Of a stretch of DNA of 61,442 bases, positions 36,130 to 44,751 are shown one piece after another. A program made the position numbers and the translations under genes. A model generated the notes under the pieces. The model searched no databases and was not told the DNA's origin. It saw only the letters and a program-made list of their open reading frames with translations. How positions within the stretch are numbered: the stretch's first letter is position 1; every line of letters starts with the position of its first letter. The stretch is from positions 1 through 61,442 of the forward strand of contig CAMAVT010000001.1 in NCBI GenBank assembly GCA_945861775.1, in the 5' to 3' direction. The stretch comes from Bifidobacterium breve. Lineage in GTDB: Bacteria > Actinomycetota > Actinomycetes > S36-B12.

Positions 36130-37242
36130 ATGCGTCGTTCTAATACTCAGCGCTCGGTCCGTCGGACCGGTGCCATCTTGGCCAGTGTGGCTTGTGCAGC
36201 ACTGGTTTTGTCAGCGTGCGGGGGTAGCGATTCAACCGCATCAGATCTCAACCCTGAGGCTGACCTCACCCAACAAAGCCTCACCGTTTCCAACTGGGCC
36301 GGATATTACCCCGAGGACATGGCTGCCAAGTTTGAAGCAGCCGTAGGTGCACCAATGACCATTACCAACCACGCCACCAACGAAGAAATTATGGCCAAAC
36401 TCACCGCGGGTGGGGACTCAGGCATTGACGTGGCATTTGTTTCGGGTCAATTCGCACAGGCACTCAATGAAGCTGGGTTGATTGAAACGCTCAACCCCGA
36501 ATTCATCCCGAACCTGTCGAACCTCTACCCCGAAGCTCAAGAATTGACTTACGATCCCGGCAACAAGTTCTCGGTCCCCTACGCATGGGGCACCACCGGT
36601 ATCTGTTACCGCAGTGACCTGATGGAGGAACCCACCAGTTGGAACGCGATCCTTGAGCCATCACCTGAAAACAAGGGCAAGGTCACCGCACTGGCAACCG
36701 AACGCTGGCTCATGCTCCCTGCTCAGAAGGCACTCGGCTTCTCAGCTAACACTAAAGACGAAGGAGAGATGGAGCAGGTGAAGCAAAAGCTGATCGCCGC
36801 GAAGCCAAACCTTCTCGCTTACGACGACACCACCTTCTACTCACGTCTGGTTTCCGGTGAAGCGAATGCTGTCGTTGCATGGGATGGCTGGTGCAACTAC
36901 GGCACCGCAGAGAATCCCGATATCAAGTTCGTGGTTCCTTCTGAAGGCAGTGACCTTTTCGCCGACACCATGGTGATTCTGAAGACCTCAAAGAACAAGG
37001 AGGCTGCACACGCCTACATCAACTACATCTTGGATCCTGCAAACCATGCGTGGGTTGCAGAGAACATTTTGTACAAGGTTCCCAACAAGGCAGCAATGGA
37101 TGCTGTTGGAGCCGGCTTGGCAGCGACCTATCCCAACATGGGCATGACACCCGCAGAGTTGCTCAAGGGTGAGTCACTGGTTGATCTCGGTGAAGCAGGT
37201 CCGCTGTACACCAAGATTGCCACTGAGGTTACATCGAGTTAA
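36130..37242 (+). CDS. spermidine/putrescine-type ABC transporter substrate-binding lipoprotein (PotD/PotF-like)
   Basis: Lipobox LSACGG and PotD/F-like blocks (VSNWAGYYPED, FSVPYAWGTTGICY). Confidence 0.8.
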   Translation: MRRSNTQRSVRRTGAILASVACAALVLSACGGSDSTASDLNPEADLTQQSLTVSNWAGYYPEDMAAKFEAAVGAPMTITNHATNEEIMAKLTAGGDSGIDVAFVSGQFAQALNEAGLIETLNPEFIPNLSNLYPEAQELTYDPGNKFSVPYAWGTTGICYRSDLMEEPTSWNAILEPSPENKGKVTALATERWLMLPAQKALGFSANTKDEGEMEQVKQKLIAAKPNLLAYDDTTFYSRLVSGEANAVVAWDGWCNYGTAENPDIKFVVPSEGSDLFADTMVILKTSKNKEAAHAYINYILDPANHAWVAENILYKVPNKAAMDAVGAGLAATYPNMGMTPAELLKGESLVDLGEAGPLYTKIATEVTSS

Positions 37243-37252
37243 ACAGCACAAT

Positions 37253-38161
37253 ATGTCAATACCGACACCTACATCAGGGCGTGGCGCCGCTAGGCGCCGC
37301 GCCCTGATTGGTCGAACGGTTTTCGCCGCACCCGGCTTGATCTACATCACCATCTTCATGACCATACCGATTCTTTTGGTTTTGGTGTATTCGTTCTTTC
37401 AGCGTGGTCGCTTCGGTGGGATTGTCTGGGAGTTCACCCTTGAGAACTACGTCCGCGCATTTGAACCCGTTTACCTGCAGGTATTTAGTAACTCGTTGGT
37501 GATTGCAGGGACGACCACGGTGTTGGCACTACTGATCGGGTACCCGACCGCGTATGCGATTGCGAAACTTCCCACCCGCTGGCGCACCGTCGCCCTTGTA
37601 CTTGTTGTGCTTCCGTTCTGGACAAACTTCCTGATCCGCACTTACGCCTGGATCATCTTGCTCAACTCCGAGGGACCAATTAATTCGTCACTGGTGGACG
37701 CGGGAATTATCAGCGCTCCTATTGGTTTTCTCTACACACCCGGTGCGGTGATCGTGGGTCTGGTGTACGCCTATCTTCCACTGGTGATTCTTCCCGTTTA
37801 TGCATCCATTGAACGACTTGACCGCCAACTGATTGAAGCCGCAGGGAATTTGGGTGCGAGTCGCGCTCGCGCTTTTTTTGATGTCACACTCCCCCTCACC
37901 CTGCCCGGTGTCATGATCGGCGCGATCTTCGTTTTTGTTCCGAGCCTGGGTAATTTCGTGATCCCTGAACTCCTTGGTGGAGGTAAGACCGTGATGGTGG
38001 GCAACTTGATCCGTGATCAATTCCTTGAAGCACGTGACTGGCCATTTGGTGCTGTGCTCGCTCTATTTGTTATCACACTGCTTGTGGTTCTTTTTGCATT
38101 ACAAGCAGCGATCTCTCGGCGAATCAATGGAACAGGAAAGCGGGTGAGTAGCCGTGCATAA
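37253..38161 (+). CDS. ABC transporter permease (PotB/PotH-like)
   Basis: Start trimmed to ATG 37253. EAA-type loop IEAAGNLGASRARAFFDVTLPL. Confidence 0.8.
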   Translation: MSIPTPTSGRGAARRRALIGRTVFAAPGLIYITIFMTIPILLVLVYSFFQRGRFGGIVWEFTLENYVRAFEPVYLQVFSNSLVIAGTTTVLALLIGYPTAYAIAKLPTRWRTVALVLVVLPFWTNFLIRTYAWIILLNSEGPINSSLVDAGIISAPIGFLYTPGAVIVGLVYAYLPLVILPVYASIERLDRQLIEAAGNLGASRARAFFDVTLPLTLPGVMIGAIFVFVPSLGNFVIPELLGGGKTVMVGNLIRDQFLEARDWPFGAVLALFVITLLVVLFALQAAISRRINGTGKRVSSRA

Positions 38162-38924
38162 AATCGGTTGGCTCCGTGTCCCACTGGTTGCGACCTACGC
38201 ATTCCTTTATATACCTATTGCCGTGCTGGTTGTTATGAGTTTTAACGCCAGCAAGAATCCGTTCAACTGGGCCGGGTTCAGCACAAAGTGGTATTCGGCA
38301 CTGTTTGATAACGAGTTGATCCGGCAAGGATTTATCAACACCATGATCGTTGCGGTAGGTGCCACAATTCTTGCCACCATTTTGGGCACTTTGCTCGCCA
38401 TTGGTGTTGCCCGGTACTTCAGGTCTGCGGTTGTTGAGGCTTATAGCCTCGCCCCTGCGATCATCCCTGACTTGGTGTTGGCCATTGGGTTACTCGCATT
38501 CTTCGCCCTGATTGGTGTGACCCTGAGTCTGTTCTCGGTGTTGCTGGCGCACGTGGTCTTCGGCATGGCGTTCGTCTCAGCCGTGGTGATCGCGCGGATC
38601 GGGCAAACGGACTCCAGCCTTGAAGAGGCCAGCAGAGATTTGGGTGCAAGTGCGACCACCACGTTTTTCCGGATCACCCTTCCCAGTTTGGCACCGGGAA
38701 TCATCGCTGGTGCACTCCTGGTTTTCACATTGAGTCTTGACGAGTTTGTCGTTGCCTACTTCACCGATGGTCCGTCAACACCGACATTACCGATCGTTAT
38801 TTACTCCATGGTCCGTTTCGGCGTGACCCCGGAAATCAATGCACTAGCTGCCTTGCTGTTGCTTGTCAGTTTCACCATTGTGATCTCTGCTCAGCGGATC
38901 ACCCGACTTACGGATGCCGTATGA
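38154..38924 (+). CDS. ABC transporter permease (PotC/PotI-like)
   Basis: LEEASRDLGASATTTFFRITLPSLAPG. Overlaps both neighbours. Confidence 0.8.
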   Translation: MHKIGWLRVPLVATYAFLYIPIAVLVVMSFNASKNPFNWAGFSTKWYSALFDNELIRQGFINTMIVAVGATILATILGTLLAIGVARYFRSAVVEAYSLAPAIIPDLVLAIGLLAFFALIGVTLSLFSVLLAHVVFGMAFVSAVVIARIGQTDSSLEEASRDLGASATTTFFRITLPSLAPGIIAGALLVFTLSLDEFVVAYFTDGPSTPTLPIVIYSMVRFGVTPEINALAALLLLVSFTIVISAQRITRLTDAV

Positions 38925-40000
38925 CACTTGAAACACCACTGCTCTCAATCTCAGGCGTTAGCAAAGCCTACGGAGATGTTGTTGCCTTGGATAACGTCAG
39001 TCTTGATATCAGACAGAACGAATTCTTTGCACTGTTGGGTCCATCGGGTTGCGGCAAGACCACACTTCTGCGTTCAATCGCCGGATTTGAGGATCCTGAC
39101 GCTGGGACTATCACCATTCTCGGATCAGAGTCGACCACACCCATCAATCTTTTATCCCTTCCACCCAATAAGCGTCCAGTCAACTTGATGTTCCAGTCCT
39201 ATGCACTCTTCCCGCACATGAACGTTCGCAAAAACATCATGTATGGCTTACAGCGTGAAGGTTTGAGCAAAGAAGAAATCGCGCAGCGGGTTGATGAAGT
39301 ACTGATCACAACCGGATTAACCGACAAAGCCGCCGTGCGACCTGCGCAACTCTCCGGTGGTCAGCGCCAACGCGTTGCCCTTGCTCGCGCAATAGTTAAG
39401 CGTCCACGCCTATTACTCCTTGACGAACCACTGTCAGCCCTTGACCGCAAGGTTCGGGCGGAGATGCAAATTGAGTTAAAGCGCTTGCAACATGAAGTGG
39501 GGATCACTTTCGTCGTGGTTACCCACGACCAGGAAGAAGCTATGAGCATGGCCGATCGAATCGCGGTTATGCACGAAGGTCGCGTGCAGCAAATCGCCGA
39601 CCCGGTCACCCTGTACGCGCAACCCGCCAATGTGTTCGTCGCCGACTTCATCGGAAGTGGGTCGCTATTGCACGGAGTCGCTAACCAGGGATCTTTCAGC
39701 GCCTACGGATCCACTTTCCCTTGCCACAACCCCGACCAGATTGCAGGTGATGCAGTACTTGTTCTGCGCCCAGAGGAAGTCCGGATCACAGCTGCGGCAC
39801 CAACTGATAACCCGCTCATGGTCGGCTCAATCATTGAGACACACTTCTACGGTGGTTCATCAAGCACCACGGTTCGCGTTGCTGGAGTGGACCACCCAAT
39901 TGTTGCGAGCCACCCCGGTGCACCTCAATACATTGTCGGTGACCAGGTCGGCTTGTCATGGAACCCACAATCAGCAGTACTGCTTCAGGTTCAACCATGA
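38921..40000 (+). CDS. ABC transporter ATP-binding protein (PotA-like)
   Basis: Walker A GPSGCGKTT, signature LSGGQRQRVALARA, Walker B LLLLDEP. C-terminal TOBE-like domain. Confidence 0.85.
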   Translation: MTLETPLLSISGVSKAYGDVVALDNVSLDIRQNEFFALLGPSGCGKTTLLRSIAGFEDPDAGTITILGSESTTPINLLSLPPNKRPVNLMFQSYALFPHMNVRKNIMYGLQREGLSKEEIAQRVDEVLITTGLTDKAAVRPAQLSGGQRQRVALARAIVKRPRLLLLDEPLSALDRKVRAEMQIELKRLQHEVGITFVVVTHDQEEAMSMADRIAVMHEGRVQQIADPVTLYAQPANVFVADFIGSGSLLHGVANQGSFSAYGSTFPCHNPDQIAGDAVLVLRPEEVRITAAAPTDNPLMVGSIIETHFYGGSSSTTVRVAGVDHPIVASHPGAPQYIVGDQVGLSWNPQSAVLLQVQP

Positions 40001-41436
40001 CAATCGCAACAAATGCTGGACGCGCTCACAACCCTTCCGAGGATCTTGTTGATCGATCCCTCGCGGACACAACCCACGCTCCGTACTGGACCGATCAAGT
40101 AGGTGCACCAAGCCCGTGCCAGCAATTACTCGCGAGTAAAGAATGCGATCTGGCAATTATCGGTGGTGGTTTTACCGGACTGTGGACCGCAATATTGGCT
40201 AAGGAAGCAGATCCGCAGCGCGAAGTAATTCTGCTCGAAGCGGAGACAATTGGATTTGGTGGTTCAGGTCGTAACGGTGGATTTATATCTGGCTCGCTCA
40301 CTCATGGTCTGGCTCATGGTGAAGCAATCTGGCCAAAGGAAATGAAAACCTTAGTGCGACTGGGAAATGAAAACCTCAATGCAATTGTTGACTTCACCAA
40401 GTCATAGGGCATCGATGCCGACATGCGCATCGTGGGCAAAACTGCGGTGGCGCTTAATGAACACTCTGTGCGGTCGCTGGAAGCAATGCACGCTCGGCAT
40501 GCCCAATGGGGTGAGGACAGTGAACTACTCGACCGCGATCAGATGCAAGCCGATGTTGCTTCACCCACCTATCTCGCTGGATTGCGGGTGCGCACCGGAA
40601 GTGGCTTGATGGATCCCGCTCGACTGAGCTGGGGGCTCAAGCGCGCTGCGTTGGCTCGCGGGGTGCACATCTATGAAAACACCCCGGCGTCCTTTCTTTC
40701 CAACCAACGTGACGGCGGAATAGCGTTGCAGACTCCCCTTGCTTCGGTGCGCGCCCGTCAGGTTGTTATTGCCACCAATGGCTTCACACCACTTCTTAAG
40801 CGGTTGCAGTATCGAATGCTGCCAATTTTTGACCACGTACTCGTCACTGAGCCACTCACTTCACGCCAATTAGCAGACATTGGTTGGTCACAGAATCAGG
40901 GAATGACCGATGTTGGTAATCAATTCCACTACTACCGGCGCACACCGGATAACCGAATTCTGTGGGGTGGCTACGACGCGATCTATTACCGCGGTAACCG
41001 CACCAACCGTGAGTTAGAGCATCGTGATGCGAGCCACCGACTTCTTGCCAAACAATTCTTCACAACGTTCCCGCAGCTGGAGGACCTGAGGTTCACCCAC
41101 AAGTGGGCTGGCATTATCGATTCAACGAGTCGGTTCACTCCCGCGATCGGCACCGCCATGAACGGCAAGCTTGCCTACGCCGTTGGTTACACGGGGCTTG
41201 GTACTGCTTCCGCCCGGTTCGGGGCCAACACAATGCTGGATTTATTAGCCAAACGGAAAACGGAACTGACCGAACTGACCATGGTGCGCCGCAAGCCGGT
41301 TCCATTCCCACCGGAACCTCTCCGTTACCCATTGGTGCAGTTCACCCGGTCACAGCTTATCCGCGAAGACCTCACGGGTAAACGTGGTATTTGGCTTTCA
41401 CTTCTTGATCGATTCGGTGTCGGATTCAATAGTTAG
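39997..41436 (+). pseudogene. FAD-dependent amine oxidoreductase (gamma-glutamylputrescine-oxidase/DAO-like) interrupted by an in-frame TAG
   Basis: ATG 39997 overlaps the PotA-like stop (ATGA). DLAIIGGGFTGLWTA dinucleotide fold. Track ORFs 39958..40407 and 40423..41436 share one frame (465 nt apart). TAG at 40405-40407 lies in ...FTKS*GIDADM... Confidence 0.7.
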
Positions 41437-41443
41437 GAATAAC

Positions 41444-42901
41444 GTGTCACAAGGCGTACACATCAACGGTCACACCCGCGATGGCAAAGGTCCCGTAATC
41501 GAGTTGATCAACCCGGCAACGGGTGAGGTGTGTGACTCGATCACTACCGCGAGTACTGCCGACGTTAGTGAGGCTGTTGCAGCCGCTGTCGCCGCGCAAC
41601 GCGATTGGGCAGCCCGCACACCCGGTGAACGGGCCAAGGTGTTACTGACGCTTGCCGATCTCATCGAAGCGGACGCGCCAGGAATTACGAAGTTGGAAGT
41701 TGATGAAACTGGTAAGCCCCGTGCAGTATTCCAAGACGGTGAACTTCCCTTCGCCGCGGACAACTTGCGTTTCTTTGCTGGAGCCGGGCGTTCCCTGGAA
41801 GGCACCGCAGCCGCTGAACTATCCACGGGTTACACGAGTCTCTTAATGCGCCAACCAATTGGAGTGGTGGGATCAATTACTCCGTGGAACTTCCCGTTCA
41901 TCATGGCGATCTGGAAAATCGGACCGGCTTTAGCCACGGGTAACGCCGTCGTGCTTAAACCGGCACCGGCAACACCACGCAGTTCCATTCGTCTCGCCGA
42001 GTTGGCAATACAAGCGGGTTTGCCAGCTGGATTGTTAAATGTGCTCTGCGGTGGCAATGACATTGGGGCAGCCATGGTTACCGACCCGGATATCCGGATG
42101 ATTTCGCTCACCGGCTCAACGGCGGCCGGCGAGGCCGTGATGTCTGCTGCGGCGCCTCACGTGAAGCGACTTCACTTAGAACTCGGTGGCAAAGCTCCAG
42201 CCCTAGTTTTCGCCGATGCCGATCTAGAACAGATGGCTCGCGCCCTCACGCTCGGAGCGACCTACAACTCCGGCCAAGACTGCACGGCTGCAACTCGAAT
42301 CTACGTGCACGCATCGCGCTACCAAGACACAGTTGAGGCAGTAGCACAAATGATGTCCACTGTTCGCGTGGGAGATCCGTGGGCGGACACCACTGATATC
42401 GGTCCTTTGATTTCCCAAGTCCACCGAGATCGCGTTGACGGGTTTGTCCAGCGCGCCCGTGCAGCCGGTGCACATATTGCTGCCGGTGGTGAACGCATTG
42501 ATTCACCCGGTTTCTACTACCCACCTACCCTCATTTCCGGTGCCGCCCAAAACAGTGAAGTTGTTCAAGGTGAGATCTTCGGTCCTGTTCTTGTGGTTGT
42601 TCCTTTTGAGTCAGAAGAAGAAGGGATTCATTTAGCGAATGACTCGCGTTATGGACTCGCCAGCTCGGTGTGGACCAATGACGTTGCTCGGGCACTACGG
42701 GTGAGTCAGCGCATTGAAGCGGGTGTCACCTGGATCAACGACCATCTTCCGATTGCATCAGAAGCTCCGCACGGTGGTGTAAAGGGAAGTGGATTCGGCA
42801 AAGACATGAGCCACGAATCATTGTTGGAGTACACAACAACGCACCACATTATGATCAAACACTCTGAGCCCGTGAAACACGATTCATTCCGACCAGCCTG
42901 A
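41444..42901 (+). CDS. NAD-dependent aldehyde dehydrogenase (aminobutyraldehyde-dehydrogenase-like)
   Basis: Start trimmed to GTG 41444 (AGGAA RBS). ITPWNFP, ELGGKAP and QDCTAATR catalytic blocks. Confidence 0.85.
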   Translation: MSQGVHINGHTRDGKGPVIELINPATGEVCDSITTASTADVSEAVAAAVAAQRDWAARTPGERAKVLLTLADLIEADAPGITKLEVDETGKPRAVFQDGELPFAADNLRFFAGAGRSLEGTAAAELSTGYTSLLMRQPIGVVGSITPWNFPFIMAIWKIGPALATGNAVVLKPAPATPRSSIRLAELAIQAGLPAGLLNVLCGGNDIGAAMVTDPDIRMISLTGSTAAGEAVMSAAAPHVKRLHLELGGKAPALVFADADLEQMARALTLGATYNSGQDCTAATRIYVHASRYQDTVEAVAQMMSTVRVGDPWADTTDIGPLISQVHRDRVDGFVQRARAAGAHIAAGGERIDSPGFYYPPTLISGAAQNSEVVQGEIFGPVLVVVPFESEEEGIHLANDSRYGLASSVWTNDVARALRVSQRIEAGVTWINDHLPIASEAPHGGVKGSGFGKDMSHESLLEYTTTHHIMIKHSEPVKHDSFRPA

Positions 42902-42949
42902 CGTGGAAGTGGTGGTAACCAAAGTCACCACCACCTGGCACGCATGCGG

Positions 42950-43111
42950 CTACTCCCGCATTACGTCAAAAAGCCATCGGAACAATTCGCGAAGCAAAAC
43001 ACTTAGCAGAACTGCTCCAACCCGTGCTAAGATCCGCATGTGTGGTGCGAACCCATTGGATTGACCCGGCCCTAGGGCCGGGTCTTTCCTTTTCAGCGCA
43101 GGATTTCTCAT
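42950..43111 (-). CDS. 53-aa small basic/amphipathic protein (below the ORF-track cutoff)
   Basis: Manual translation: MRNPALKRKDPALGPGQSNGFAPHMRILARVGAVLLSVLLRELFRWLFDVMRE. SD GGGGGTGATGTGAAGG precedes the ATG. The frame is conserved in unit 2 and at 28160. Confidence 0.55.
   Translation of the reverse strand: MRNPALKRKDPALGPGQSNGFAPHMRILARVGAVLLSVLLRELFRWLFDVMRE
43040..43094 (+). ncRNA. predicted ~55-nt cis-antisense RNA, unit 1
   Basis: Extended -10 TGCTAAGAT at 43025-43033. Perfect palindrome at 43063-43084 plus TTTCCTTTTC. Prediction only. Confidence 0.3.
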
Positions 43112-43326
43112 CCTTCACATCACCCCCTATCCCCTCGTAATTTCCCCGCAAACATCACAGGGATCGAGGACCCAGGTCAGGGACATAGGAATAACGCCGC
43201 ACCAACACACTCACTTAGCAGCACAACGCTAAATCAATCGCAAACCCATGCCAAGATACAAAGTGACGACTGTGGAAAAGCGGAAGTGGTGGCAACCGAA
43301 GTCACCACCACCTGGCACGCATGCGG

Positions 43327-43488
43327 CTACTCTCGCATCACGTCAAAGAGCCATCGGAACAATTCGCGAAGCACAAGGCCTAGCAAAACCGTCCCAACCC
43401 GTGCTACGATTCGCTTGTTGGTGGCGAACCTATTGGATTGTCCCGGCCCTAGGGCCGGGACTTTCTTTTTCAGCGCAGGATTTCTCAT
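43327..43488 (-). CDS. 53-aa small protein, tandem paralog
   Basis: MRNPALKKKVPALGPGQSNRFATNKRIVARVGTVLLGLVLRELFRWLFDVMRE. 42/53 identical to unit 1, and 8 codons differ only synonymously. Confidence 0.55.
   Translation of the reverse strand: MRNPALKKKVPALGPGQSNRFATNKRIVARVGTVLLGLVLRELFRWLFDVMRE
43417..43470 (+). ncRNA. predicted ~55-nt cis-antisense RNA, unit 2
   Basis: Extended -10 TGCTACGAT at 43402-43410. Palindrome at 43440-43461 plus TTTCTTTTT. Prediction only. Confidence 0.3.
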
Positions 43489-43703
43489 CCTTCACATCAC
43501 CCCCTATCCCCTCGTAATTTCCCTGCAGGAAACACAGGGATCGAGGACCCAGGTCAGGGACACAGGAATAACGCCGCACCAACAAACTCACTCAGCAATG
43601 CAACGCTAAAACAAAAACAAACTCAGGCCTAGGCGTAAAAAGATCACTGTGGACAACAATCAATGGCGGAGGGTGACTGTCAGTTGTGGAGTATGGTTTT
43701 CCA

Positions 43704-44201
43704 ATGAAGATCACTCGAGTCATCCTCGCGACTGTTCTGTCCCTTGGTCTGGTAACTGCTGCTGCGGTTGCACCCGTGACTGCTGCGGAGAAGCCGACTA
43801 CCGTTCGCGTGTACCACCAGGCCGTAAGCCCCATCGCGGTGAGTGGAACCGGCATCGGAACCGTGCGAACGTTCTTTATTCCAATATCGGTGGACGGAAA
43901 GTCGGCAGATAATCAGTACTTGACAGGCACGCTGACCACCCTTGATCCGGCTATGCCAAATGGTCAGGAACTACGCTCATCAAACCTCACCTATGTTTTT
44001 GGCGCTGAGAAAGATCAGATGGTCGTTGGTGGTGTGTCTCTTTACCCACCAGCTGGAGCAACAATTGCAGCCGGGCAAAGCACCGTCCGGCCAGTAATCG
44101 GTGGATCAGGGAAATACTCCGGCGCCCGCGGCCAGGTTGTTTCGACAAATATGGGTGCGAACGGTTGGACTCACATATTCAAGGTCTGGTTGGGGAAGTA
44201 G
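43704..44201 (+). CDS. secreted small protein, possibly dirigent/allene-oxide-cyclase-barrel-like
   Basis: Signal MKITRVILATVLSLGLVTAAAVAPVTA. GGSGKYSGARGQV resembles the dirigent-type GGTGxFxxARG block. Start trimmed to ATG 43704. Confidence 0.5.
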   Translation: MKITRVILATVLSLGLVTAAAVAPVTAAEKPTTVRVYHQAVSPIAVSGTGIGTVRTFFIPISVDGKSADNQYLTGTLTTLDPAMPNGQELRSSNLTYVFGAEKDQMVVGGVSLYPPAGATIAAGQSTVRPVIGGSGKYSGARGQVVSTNMGANGWTHIFKVWLGK

Positions 44202-44242
44202 TTGGTAACGAGTAAATATCACTTTTGGAGTATGGTTCTCTG

Positions 44243-44740
44243 ATGAAGATTTCCCGTCTCATCCTCGCAACGCTCCTGTCCCTTGGCCTAGTAACCGCTG
44301 TTGCGGTTGCACCCGTGACCGCTGCGGAAAAGCCAATTACGGTTCGCGTGTATCACCAAGCGGTAACCCCGATCGCCGTGAGCGGAACCGGTATCGGTGC
44401 CGTGCGGACATACTTCATTCCCATGGCAGTGGACGGCAAGTCAGCAGATGACCAGTACTTGACAGGCACGCTGACCACACTTGACCCGGCTATGCCGAAT
44501 GGCCAGGAATTGCGCTCATCAAATCTCACCTTTGTTTTTGGCGCTGAGAAAGATCAGATAGTTGTTGGCGGAGTTTCCTTTTTCCCACCAACTGGAGCCA
44601 CCATTGCAATCGGGCAGAGCACCACACGGCCAGTAATGGGCGGATCCGGGAAATACTCCGGCGCCCGCGGCCAGGTTGTTTCGACGAATTTGGGGGCGAA
44701 CGGTTTTACTCACACATTTAAGGTCTGGCTAGGAAAATAG
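44243..44740 (+). CDS. tandem paralog of the preceding secreted protein
   Basis: About 87 percent identical to 43704..44201 by hand count (22 differences in 165 aa). Confidence 0.5.
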   Translation: MKISRLILATLLSLGLVTAVAVAPVTAAEKPITVRVYHQAVTPIAVSGTGIGAVRTYFIPMAVDGKSADDQYLTGTLTTLDPAMPNGQELRSSNLTFVFGAEKDQIVVGGVSFFPPTGATIAIGQSTTRPVMGGSGKYSGARGQVVSTNLGANGFTHTFKVWLGK

Positions 44741-44751
44741 TTCGACTCGTA

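Larger units (their letters stand above)
42903..43281 (-). repeat. 377-bp tandem repeat, unit 1 (small-ORF/antisense module, sense = minus)
   Basis: Period 377 bp (GGAAGTGGTGG at 42905 and 43282). Sense-strand terminal hairpin at 42909-42934. Confidence 0.85.
43282..43658 (-). repeat. 377-bp tandem repeat, unit 2
   Basis: Roughly 85-90 percent identical to unit 1 by eye over its whole length. Sense-strand terminal hairpin at 43286-43311. Confidence 0.85.

Noticed and set aside
42966-43609. Track ORFs 42966..43151(-), 43248..43517(+) and 43286..43609(+) within the 377-bp units
   Set aside because: Each is open in only one of the two repeat units. For example, the 61-aa minus frame hits TAG in unit 2 after ...GTIQ, and the plus frames lack a start or terminate in unit 1. 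They are therefore unlikely to be coding.
42903-43658. Repeated sequence that might be taken for a CRISPR array or a mobile-element terminal repeat
   Set aside because: There are only two copies, the period is 377 bp, and there is no short repeat/spacer alternation or cas genes. No transposase or terminal inverted repeats were seen. It is treated instead as a tandemly duplicated small-ORF/antisense module.
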